From: Burkholderiales bacterium
GTDB taxonomy: Bacteria > Pseudomonadota > Gammaproteobacteria > Burkholderiales > WYBJ01
Reading direction: 5' to 3'
DNA: 64,000 nucleotides
Assembly (NCBI GenBank): GCA_044360365.1
Contig: JBIKKL010000001.1
Span: forward strand, 3,531-67,530
Below the pieces are notes generated by a model. It was given only the letters and a program-made list of their open reading frames with translations, was not told where the DNA came from and ran no database searches. Both the position numbers and the translations under genes were made by a program. This document shows, piece after piece, positions 39,013 to 46,995 of the stretch. The first letter of the stretch is position 1, and the number at the start of each line of letters is the position of its first letter.

Positions 39013-41688
39013 TCACACCTTCGCGGGATTCGGCGCTTCCGGGTTGATGCCGTACTTCTGAATGGCTTCCGCAACCTTCTTCGGCGCGACGGACTCGGTC
39101 GTGTCGGCCAGTGCCTTCAGCGCGGCGACCGCGACGTGATGGCGGTCCACTTCGAAGAACTGGCGCAATTTCTCGCGGGTGTCCGACCGGCCGAAGCCGT
39201 CGGTGCCCAACACGGTAAAGTGGCTGTGCACGAAAGGTCGTATCTGATCGGCGTAGGCCTTCATGTAATCGGTCGAGGCGATGACCGGACCCTGGCGCCC
39301 CTTCAGACACTGCTCGACATGCGACAGCCGAGGCTCCGCTTCGGGGTGCAGCCGATTCCAGCGCTCGACTTCGAGGCCATCGCGCCGCAACTCGTTGAAG
39401 CTCGTGCAACTCCAGATGTCTGCGGCCACACCGTAGTCGCGCTCGAGCAGTTCGGCCCCGGCGATCACTTCGCGCAGGATCGTTCCCGACCCCATCAGCT
39501 GCACACGCGGTGCGCTCATGGACTTGGCCTTGCCCTCGCGAAGCAGGTACATGCCCTTGAGGATGTTCTGCTCCGCACCCTGCGGCATTGCCGGATGGGC
39601 GTAGTTCTCGTTCATCACCGTGATGTAGTAGTAGACATCCTCCTGTTCGGCATACATGCGCCGCATGCCGTCCTGGATGATCACCGCCACTTCGTAGGCG
39701 AACGTCGGATCGTACGAAATGCAGTTCGGCACGGTGGCCGCCATCAGATGGCTGTGTCCGTCCTCGTGCTGCAGGCCCTCGCCGTTCAGTGTGGTGCGCC
39801 CTGCAGTACCCCCGAGGAGGAAGCCGCGTGCTCGCATGTCGCCCGCGGCCCAGCAAAGATCGCCGACACGCTGGAAGCCGAACATCGAGTAGAAGATGTA
39901 GAACGGGACCATCTGCACGCCGTGGGTGCTGTAGGCGGTTGCCGCTGCAATCCACGACGACATTGCACCGGCTTCGTTGATGCCTTCCTGCAGAATCTGC
40001 CCGGACTGATCCTCCTTGTAGAACATGAGCTGCGAGGCATCCTGCGGGGTGTAGAGCTGCCCCACGTGGGAGTAGATGCCGAGCTGCCGGAACATGCCTT
40101 CCATGCCGAACGTGCGCGATTCGTCCGGCACGATGGGCACGACCTGCTTGCCGATCTTCTTGTCGCGTACCAGCGTCGAGAGGATGCGCACGAAGGCCAT
40201 CGTCGTCGACATCTCGCGGTCATCGCCAGTCGCCTTCAACAGCGATTCGAAGGCCGACAGCGGCGGCACTTCCAGCGGTGCGGCCTTGCGTCGTCGCGAA
40301 GGCAGTACGCCCCCCAGCGCGTCGCGGCGCTGGATGAGATACTTGTATTCAGCGCTGTTCTCGTCGAATTTCAGATACGGCACTTCGTCGAGCTTCTCGT
40401 CCGGCACCGGGACGCCGAAGCGGTCACGGAACGCACGCATCGACGACGTGCCCATCTTCTTCTGCTGATGGGTGATGTTCTGCGACTCGCCCGACTCGCC
40501 CATGCCATAGCCCTTGATGGTCTTCGCAAGGATCACGGTGGGCTGACCCGAATGCTTCATCGCCGCCGCATAGGCGGCATACATCTTGTGCGGATCGTGG
40601 CCGCCCCGGTTCAGACGCCAGATGTCGTCATCGGTCATCGTCGCGACCATCTCGGCGAGTTCGGGATACTTGCCGAAGAAGTGCTTGCGCACATACGCGC
40701 CGTCCTTCGACTTGAATGTCTGGTACTCGCCGTCGACGCACTCCTCCATGCGCTTCAAGAGGATGCCTTTCGTATCGCGCATGAAAAGAGGATCCCAGTA
40801 AGAGCCCCAGATCACCTTGATCACGTTCCAGCCGGCGCCGCGAAAATCGGATTCGAGTTCCTGGATGATCTTGCCGTTGCCGCGCACCGGGCCGTCGAGC
40901 CGCTGCAGGTTGCAGTTGATGACGAAGACGAGGTTGTCGAGCTTTTCGCGACCGGCCAGGGAAATGGCACCGAGGGATTCAGGCTCGTCCATCTCGCCGT
41001 CGCCCATGAAGGCCCAGACCTTGCGGCCCTGGTTCTCGGTGATGCCGCGATCCTTCAGGTAGCGCATGAAGCGCGCCTGGTAGATCGCCATCAGGGGGCC
41101 GAGGCCCATCGAGACGGTCGGAAACTGCCAGAAATCCGGCATGAGCCAGGGATGCGGGTACGAAGACAAGCCCTTGCCGTCGACTTCCTGACGGAAGTTG
41201 TCGAGCTGATCTTCGGTGAGCAGGCCGAGCAGGTAGGCGCGGGCATACACGCCGGGCGCCGAGTGCCCCTGGAAAAAAACGATGTCGCCGCGGAAGTTCT
41301 CGTTCGGCCCGCGCCAGAAGTGATTGAAGCCGACGTCGTAGAGCGTGGCCGCCGACGCGAAACTTGCAATGTGGCCGCCGACGTTCGTATCGCGATTGGC
41401 GCGCACGACCATCGCCATGGCATTCCAGCGCACGTAGGCGCGAATGCGATCTTCGAGTTCGTGATCACCCGGGGAGCGTTCCTCCAGACCCGTCGGGATC
41501 GTGTTCATGTAGGCCGTCGTGGCCTTGTACGGCAGATTCGCCCCGGCACGGCGCGCACGTTCGATCAGCCGCTCCAGCAGGAAGTGCGCGCGCTCGACGC
41601 CTTCGACCTTGAGCACGGCATCCAGGGCTTCGAGCCACTCCTGGGTTTCCTGGGGATCGACGTCCGGCTGCAGATCCTTCATGTCCAT
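39013..41688 (-). CDS. aceE: Pyruvate dehydrogenase E1 component (homodimeric type)
   Basis: 891 aa. [13 protein letters not shown]-terminus, the ThDP motif [10 protein letters not shown]...NCNLQRLDG, and overall AceE colinearity. Confidence 0.97.
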   Translation of the reverse strand: MDMKDLQPDVDPQETQEWLEALDAVLKVEGVERAHFLLERLIERARRAGANLPYKATTAYMNTIPTGLEERSPGDHELEDRIRAYVRWNAMAMVVRANRDTNVGGHIASFASAATLYDVGFNHFWRGPNENFRGDIVFFQGHSAPGVYARAYLLGLLTEDQLDNFRQEVDGKGLSSYPHPWLMPDFWQFPTVSMGLGPLMAIYQARFMRYLKDRGITENQGRKVWAFMGDGEMDEPESLGAISLAGREKLDNLVFVINCNLQRLDGPVRGNGKIIQELESDFRGAGWNVIKVIWGSYWDPLFMRDTKGILLKRMEECVDGEYQTFKSKDGAYVRKHFFGKYPELAEMVATMTDDDIWRLNRGGHDPHKMYAAYAAAMKHSGQPTVILAKTIKGYGMGESGESQNITHQQKKMGTSSMRAFRDRFGVPVPDEKLDEVPYLKFDENSAEYKYLIQRRDALGGVLPSRRRKAAPLEVPPLSAFESLLKATGDDREMSTTMAFVRILSTLVRDKKIGKQVVPIVPDESRTFGMEGMFRQLGIYSHVGQLYTPQDASQLMFYKEDQSGQILQEGINEAGAMSSWIAAATAYSTHGVQMVPFYIFYSMFGFQRVGDLCWAAGDMRARGFLLGGTAGRTTLNGEGLQHEDGHSHLMAATVPNCISYDPTFAYEVAVIIQDGMRRMYAEQEDVYYYITVMNENYAHPAMPQGAEQNILKGMYLLREGKAKSMSAPRVQLMGSGTILREVIAGAELLERDYGVAADIWSCTSFNELRRDGLEVERWNRLHPEAEPRLSHVEQCLKGRQGPVIASTDYMKAYADQIRPFVHSHFTVLGTDGFGRSDTREKLRQFFEVDRHHVAVAALKALADTTESVAPKKVAEAIQKYGINPEAPNPAKV

Positions 41689-41748
41689 GACGCATCCTCA
41701 TTCGATGGCGCGCCGTTGAACTCGTCACGCGCCGATTGGAGTCGACAA

Positions 41749-41754
41749 ATTATA
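41749..41754 (-). promoter_or_regulatory. Perfect TATAAT -10 hexamer about 55 nt upstream of aceE
   Basis: The minus strand reads GGCTATAATTTG. A perfect hexamer in very GC-rich surroundings stands out. The -35 is poor. Confidence 0.4.
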
Positions 41755-41847
41755 GCCTGTGGACTTCCGCAGCCGCCCCGCCATGGCGCGGGTGCCTTGG
41801 CCCACCGGGATGCTGCAATGCGGAAGCCGTGCGCGCATCAGCTGCCG

Positions 41848-42102
41848 CTACGCAGGCGAGCGTTGCTGCCGGGCACGCACGTGACCAAGTAGGGTCAGGG
41901 CCGCACCCACATCGAGTGCAATTCCCACGCCCACCAGGCTCCAGGCCGTCGTCGGATCCGTGAGGGCAGGCACGGCCTTCACGACATCCGGCGCGAACAG
42001 CCCGATGAGGCCCGCCGCAATGAACAACCCACCCATTACATTGACGGCCACGGCCCCCAGGGGCAGGCCCGCGCCTTTCGATGCTGCATTTGCATTCATC
42101 AT
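41848..42102 (-). CDS. Hypothetical small membrane protein (84 aa, two TM helices)
   Basis: LPLGAVAVNVMGGLFIAAGLIGLFA and AWSLVGVGIALDVGAALTLLG. An AGGAG SD lies inside the 3' end of the upstream SPFH gene. Confidence 0.5.
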   Translation of the reverse strand: MMNANAASKGAGLPLGAVAVNVMGGLFIAAGLIGLFAPDVVKAVPALTDPTTAWSLVGVGIALDVGAALTLLGHVRARQQRSPA

Positions 42103-42106
42103 CGCC

Positions 42107-42979
42107 CTACTCCTTGCCGACGGAAAGAACCGGTTGCGCCTCGCTGTCGGAGACAAGCACCGTCATGAGGCTCGTCACCAACCGCACGCGATCGGTATCG
42201 TTCAGATGGACGATGTTCTCGTCCTTCAATCGATCGAGGCCGAGCTTCACCATGCTCACCGCACCCTCGACGATATGCGTGCGCGCCGCGACCACGGCCT
42301 GGGCCTGCTGCCGACGCAGCATCGCACTGGCGATCTCGGCGGCGTAAGCGAGATGGGAGATTCGAGCCTCGAGAATCTCCAACCCGGCGAGCCCCACGTG
42401 CTCCTGGATCGTCTCGGTCAGCGTCTTCGCGACGGCATCGAGATCACCTCGCAGCGACTGACGCCCGTCGTCGTCGCCGTCGTACCATCGCGTGCTGACG
42501 ACCTGACGCACCGCCGATTCGCTCTGCATGGTCACGTACGCCACGTAATCCTCGACGTCGAACGTCGCCCGGGCGGAGTCCATCACCCGCCAGACGATCA
42601 CCGCCGCCACTTCGATCGGATTGCCGGCCCGGTCGTTAACCTTCAGGGTCGGCGTATTGAGATTGTTCGCCCGCAGGGAGATGCGGCGCTGCTTGCAGAG
42701 CGGGTTGTAATAGAAGAAGCCGTCGCCGCGGATCGTCCCGGCGTAGCGGCCGAAGAATGTCAGCACCGACGCGAGGTTCGGCTCCAGCACGGCAAACCCC
42801 TTGCTCAGGAACATCAGCAGGGGAATCGCCAGGATCGAAGACAGCGGCAAGGCGCCGCGCTGGTACACGATACTGGTGCCTAGGCTCCACAGGGCCCACG
42901 CCATCGCGCCGATCCAAAGGACGAGCGCGACCCAACCCGATAAACAGAGGGCCTCGCGTTCCTCGACTTCCGTCATCAT
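42107..42979 (-). CDS. SPFH/band-7 domain membrane protein
   Basis: Two N-terminal TM helices are followed by an SPFH core (V.EPN...V..FG.Y......G..F..P.......SL........KVND..GNPIE) and a coiled helical region AAEIASAMLRRQQAQAV. Confidence 0.85.
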   Translation of the reverse strand: MMTEVEEREALCLSGWVALVLWIGAMAWALWSLGTSIVYQRGALPLSSILAIPLLMFLSKGFAVLEPNLASVLTFFGRYAGTIRGDGFFYYNPLCKQRRISLRANNLNTPTLKVNDRAGNPIEVAAVIVWRVMDSARATFDVEDYVAYVTMQSESAVRQVVSTRWYDGDDDGRQSLRGDLDAVAKTLTETIQEHVGLAGLEILEARISHLAYAAEIASAMLRRQQAQAVVAARTHIVEGAVSMVKLGLDRLKDENIVHLNDTDRVRLVTSLMTVLVSDSEAQPVLSVGKE

Positions 42980-43130
42980 CGCTCCCCTTCTTGTCTGTTG
43001 CGAATCCCATCCGCGTCAGAGCGGTAACGCCGCAATCGTCGAAGGCTTTAGCGATTCGGCACGCGGGGACGATCTGAGCGAAGCCTGGGACGCTCGTCGT
43101 GCCCGACGCATCGGCGAACGGGCAAACGCC

Positions 43131-43913
43131 TCAGCGACCCACGAACTTCGCGGGGCGCTTTTCCAGGAACGCCTTCATGCCCTCTTTCTGATCCTCCGTG
43201 GCGCAGCACAGACCAAACGCATACGCCTCCTGCTGGCAGGCATTGGCGAGATCGAGATCCTGGCCGCGCTGCACGATCTGCTTGGTCAGGCGCACCGCCA
43301 CCGGCCCCTTGGAAGCGATCGAGCGTGCGATCTCGAGCCCTTTCTCCAGGATCTGCTCGGGGGCCACGACCTGATTCACCAGTCCGATGCGCAGGGCTTC
43401 GTCGGCCTTGACCATGCGACCGGTGACGAGCAGATCCATCGCCATCGCGCGGCCGACCAGTCGTGTGAGGCGTTGCGTACCGCCGAATCCGGCGACGACC
43501 CCGAGATTGACCTCCGGCTGACCGAACATGGCTCGCTCGGACGCGACGATCCAGTCGCAAGCCATCGCAAGCTCGCAGCCGCCGCCCAGCGCATAGCCGT
43601 TGACCAGCGCCACGACGGGCACCGGCAGCATCTCCAAGGCGCGAAAGGTCCGGTTGCCCCGCTCGGAGAAGGCTTGCGCCTGCGCCGAATCGAAGTTCTG
43701 CATCTGCGAAATGTCCGCTCCGGCGACGAACGCCTTTTCGCCTGCGCCCGTCACCAGCAGTGCGCGCGCGCCGCTGTCCCCGCCGACCTCAGCGACTGCC
43801 GCAGCGATTTCATCCAGTGTGTCGGCATTGAGCGCGTTGAGCGATTTGGGCCGGTTGATCGTGAGCAGATAGATGCCGGGTTCGGGGGTGGCGAGGGTGA
43901 GATTGGTGTACAT
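43131..43913 (-). CDS. Enoyl-CoA hydratase (crotonase family)
   Basis: INRPKSLNALN, FVAGADI, GYALGGGCELAMACD, and PEVNLGV. Confidence 0.92.
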   Translation of the reverse strand: MYTNLTLATPEPGIYLLTINRPKSLNALNADTLDEIAAAVAEVGGDSGARALLVTGAGEKAFVAGADISQMQNFDSAQAQAFSERGNRTFRALEMLPVPVVALVNGYALGGGCELAMACDWIVASERAMFGQPEVNLGVVAGFGGTQRLTRLVGRAMAMDLLVTGRMVKADEALRIGLVNQVVAPEQILEKGLEIARSIASKGPVAVRLTKQIVQRGQDLDLANACQQEAYAFGLCCATEDQKEGMKAFLEKRPAKFVGR

Positions 43914-43937
43914 GCGTGACTCCGTGTTTTGCTGCGC

Positions 43938-44055
43938 GTGAAATGTGCAAAGGTGAACAGTGAAGGGTAACCGGTGAAGCCGGTCGCAAATATCGTTGCG
44001 ACTGCAAAGTGTGGCGCGCCGCGGTGTGCTTCACACTTCACTCTTCACCGTTCAC
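43938..44055. repeat. GTGAA-repeat element: a 27-nt imperfect inverted repeat (43953-43979 vs 44029-44055) with four tandem CTTCACN heptamers and an internal perfect hairpin (43983-44002)
   Basis: Right arm: CTTCACA CTTCACT CTTCACC GTTCACG. Left arm: GTGAACAGTGAAGGGTAACCGGTGAAG, matching 21 of 27 positions as reverse complement. Inner hairpin: GTCGCAA-ATATCG-TTGCGAC. Confidence 0.65.
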
Positions 44056-44062
44056 GACGCAG

Positions 44063-44830
44063 TCAACGCGCCGCCATCCGGATCGCCCCATCCAGTCGGA
44101 TCGTCTCGCCGTTCAGCATCTGGTTCTCGACGATGTGCTTCACCAGCGCGGCATACTCGTCCGGACGACCGAGGCGCGAGGGAAACGGGATCTGGGCAGC
44201 CAGCGAATCCTTCAGCGCATCGTCGAATCCGCCCACCATCGCCGTATCGAAAATTCCCGGCGCGATGGTGACGATGCGGATGCCCGAGCGGGCGAGTTCG
44301 CGCGCGATCGGGAGGGTCATGCCGGCGATGCCGGCTTTCGACGCCGCATAGGCGGCCTGCCCGACCTGACCGTCGAACGCGGCCACCGAGGCGGTACACA
44401 CGATCACGCCGCGCTCGCCGCTTTCGCCCGGCTCGTTCTTCGCCATTGCCGCGGCAACGAGCCGGATCACGTTGAACGTCCCGATCAGGTTCACTTCGAT
44501 CACACGCCTGAAGGCATCGAGCCGATGCGGCCCGTCGCGACCAAGGACGCGCTCACCAAGCACGATGCCGGCACAATTGATCAGCCCGTCGACTCGACCG
44601 AACGTGCTCACGGCGCAGTCGACCGCAGCTTGCACCTGCGCTTCCTGAGTCACGTCGACCGGCACGAAGCGCGCGCACTCGCCGAGTTCGGTAGCGAGAG
44701 CCGTACCCTGCGTCGCATTCGTGTCGGCCAGCACGACGCTGGCGCCGGCCGCAGCAAGCGCGCGCGCCGAACCCGCGCCCAGCCCGGAGGCGCCTCCGGT
44801 CACGATGAAGGTGCTGCCCTGGAGTTTCAT
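44063..44830 (-). CDS. SDR-family 3-hydroxyacyl-CoA dehydrogenase (type-2 / 3-hydroxy-2-methylbutyryl-CoA dehydrogenase-like)
   Basis: [20 protein letters not shown], and [18 protein letters not shown]. The C-terminus is typical of the HSD10-like group. Confidence 0.9.
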   Translation of the reverse strand: MKLQGSTFIVTGGASGLGAGSARALAAAGASVVLADTNATQGTALATELGECARFVPVDVTQEAQVQAAVDCAVSTFGRVDGLINCAGIVLGERVLGRDGPHRLDAFRRVIEVNLIGTFNVIRLVAAAMAKNEPGESGERGVIVCTASVAAFDGQVGQAAYAASKAGIAGMTLPIARELARSGIRIVTIAPGIFDTAMVGGFDDALKDSLAAQIPFPSRLGRPDEYAALVKHIVENQMLNGETIRLDGAIRMAAR

Positions 44831-44912
44831 GACGGCATCTGCTTTCCGGCTGCAAGAAACGAAGACCCGATGTTAGCCCGAAGGCAGCGAATCGTTGGTC
44901 GATTGCCGAAAA

Positions 44913-46928
44913 CTACTCCCCGCGACCCGCAAACCCCAGGGTCTTTTCGAGGCGTCGATCGAGTTTCAGGTTGTCGTTGCGGATGCGGGCGTTGCGCCGC
45001 TCGGCGGCCGCCTGCGATGCCGCCTGAACGAGCCGCAACAGCCACGGGGATGCGCGCAATGCCAGGCCCGCGTTGGCGGCGAAACGCGTGAGCCACGGCG
45101 AATTGGTGCGGAAGAGTTCATCCTCCAGCGACACGAGCATGACGCAACTGCCCGGATCCCCCTGGCGGGCGCAGCGACCGTAGAGCTGACGATCGATCCG
45201 CGCAGACTCGTGGCATTCGGTGAGGATGACGTGCAACCCGCCGCGCGCGGACACTTCGCTCGAGATCTTGATGTCCGTGCCGCGCCCGGCCATGTTCGTC
45301 GCCACGGTAACGGCGCCCGGCAGTCCAGCCCTCGCCACGATCTCGGCCTCCTCGCGATCCTGCTTGGCATTGAGCAGCAGGTGTTCGATTCCACGCTGGG
45401 CAAGCACCGCGGACAAGGCCTCGGATGCCTGGACCGAACGTGTTCCGATGAGCACCGGGCGTCGCTGCTCGATCGCGCAGCGCTGCGCCTCGTCGGCCAC
45501 CGCCTCCCACTTCTGCGCCGCCGTCGACAACAGCCTGCCTCGCCGAAAGCCGCGCCGGCTGGGTCGGTTGAGCGGCACCTTCACGACACCCAGTCGGAAG
45601 ATGGACCAGATTTCAGGCGCGACCTCCATCCCGGTGCCCGTCATGCCAGCGAGGCGCAGGTAGCGTCGGAAGAGGCGCTGATAGGTGATGCGCGCAAGCG
45701 TCTCGCGCCGCGCAGTGATCTCGACGCCCTCCTTGGTCTCGATCATCTGATGCAGCCCGCGCTCCCACGAGCGATCGGCCATGATGCGGCCGGTGAACTC
45801 GTCGACGATCTGCACCTTCCCCTCCGCGACGACATAGTGCTGATCGAGGAGGAAGAGATGGATCGCCGACAGCGCCTGTCGCAAGAGTTCTTCCCGGGTG
45901 CGCTTGGAGGTCCAGACGCCTTCCTGCTGCTCGCTCCACTCGTCGAGCCAGCGCTTGCCCGACTCGCGCAGCTCGACATAGCGCTCGCGCCGATCGATCA
46001 CGTAATGATCGCCTTCGATCATGGATCGTGCGAGCGTGAGTGCCTGCTCGCACATCTGGCCCTCCTTCTCGTCCTCACGCGACGCCGAGAGGATGAGCGG
46101 GGTGCGTGCTTCGTCGATGAACACGCTATCGGCCTCGTCGACGATGGCGAAGTGCAGCCCGCGCAGCACCACGCGATCGGCGATGCTGCGCCCGTCGCGC
46201 AAGCGCGCAAGCGCGATGTGCGCCGCACTTCCCGAGCTGCCCAGCGCAACACGATCGCGCAGGTAATCGAAGGCGACATCCTTGTTGGTGCAATAGGTCA
46301 CGTCGCAGGCGTACGCGGCGCGGCGCAGATCCGGCGCCATCTCCTGCGTCACTACGCCGACCGTGAGCCCGAGAAAACGGTAGATCGGCCCCATCGATTC
46401 GGCGTCGCGAGCCGCGAGATATTCGTTGACCGTGATGACATGCACCGGTACGCCCGCCAACGCGGCCGTGGCCGCCGGGAGTGTGGCCGTCAATGTCTTG
46501 CCCTCGCCCGTCTCCATCTCGACGAGCCGTCCCTCCAGAATGCCCCAGCCGCCCATCAGCTGCACGTCGAAATGCCGCTGACCTACGGTGCGTCCGCCGA
46601 CCTCCCGCAACAATGCGAATACTTCGCCAACCACCGGCAGATCGAAGCCGTCGCGCCGGAGCCGCCGCCGCAGATCGACCCCCAGCTCGCGCAGGCGGGC
46701 ATCGGAGATCGTACGCAATGCCGCCTCGTGCGCGGCAGCGTACGGGACGATCCGTTGCAGCCGCCGCGCCGGATTGGCGAACGTCCGAACGGCAGGCTGG
46801 AGCACGCGACTCGTCAACCAGTCGGCAATGTGATCATGCCACTTGGGTTCGTGCTCCACGCGCTCGGGATAGGCTCGCGTCGCCGACAGCTCGGCATCGG
46901 CATGCAGCACGGCAGCACTAGCCCGCAC
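44913..46928 (-). CDS. SecA-like ATPase lacking the C-terminal translocation domains
   Basis: SecA NBD1 is colinear: RHFDVQLMGGWGILEGRLVEMETGEGKTLTATLPA, VITVNEYLAARDA, VDEADSVFIDEARTPLILS. A shortened PPXD follows, then NBD2 with TNMAGRGTDIK and DRQLYGRCARQGDPGS. The protein stops about 60 aa later. The GTG start has GGAG 6 nt upstream. Confidence 0.85.
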   Translation of the reverse strand: MRASAAVLHADAELSATRAYPERVEHEPKWHDHIADWLTSRVLQPAVRTFANPARRLQRIVPYAAAHEAALRTISDARLRELGVDLRRRLRRDGFDLPVVGEVFALLREVGGRTVGQRHFDVQLMGGWGILEGRLVEMETGEGKTLTATLPAATAALAGVPVHVITVNEYLAARDAESMGPIYRFLGLTVGVVTQEMAPDLRRAAYACDVTYCTNKDVAFDYLRDRVALGSSGSAAHIALARLRDGRSIADRVVLRGLHFAIVDEADSVFIDEARTPLILSASREDEKEGQMCEQALTLARSMIEGDHYVIDRRERYVELRESGKRWLDEWSEQQEGVWTSKRTREELLRQALSAIHLFLLDQHYVVAEGKVQIVDEFTGRIMADRSWERGLHQMIETKEGVEITARRETLARITYQRLFRRYLRLAGMTGTGMEVAPEIWSIFRLGVVKVPLNRPSRRGFRRGRLLSTAAQKWEAVADEAQRCAIEQRRPVLIGTRSVQASEALSAVLAQRGIEHLLLNAKQDREEAEIVARAGLPGAVTVATNMAGRGTDIKISSEVSARGGLHVILTECHESARIDRQLYGRCARQGDPGSCVMLVSLEDELFRTNSPWLTRFAANAGLALRASPWLLRLVQAASQAAAERRNARIRNDNLKLDRRLEKTLGFAGRGE

Positions 46929-46995
46929 GCGGGTCGCTCCGAAGCAGCAAGTGCACAGGCGTCACGGTCATCCCAGCCCTCGCAGAATGCGCCGC

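Noticed and set aside
38935-41892. A 985-aa plus-strand ORF antisense to aceE.
   Set aside because: - aceE on the minus strand is unambiguous.
- The plus-strand product is low-complexity (R/H/A/G/D-rich) and has no motifs.
- It is a high-GC shadow ORF.
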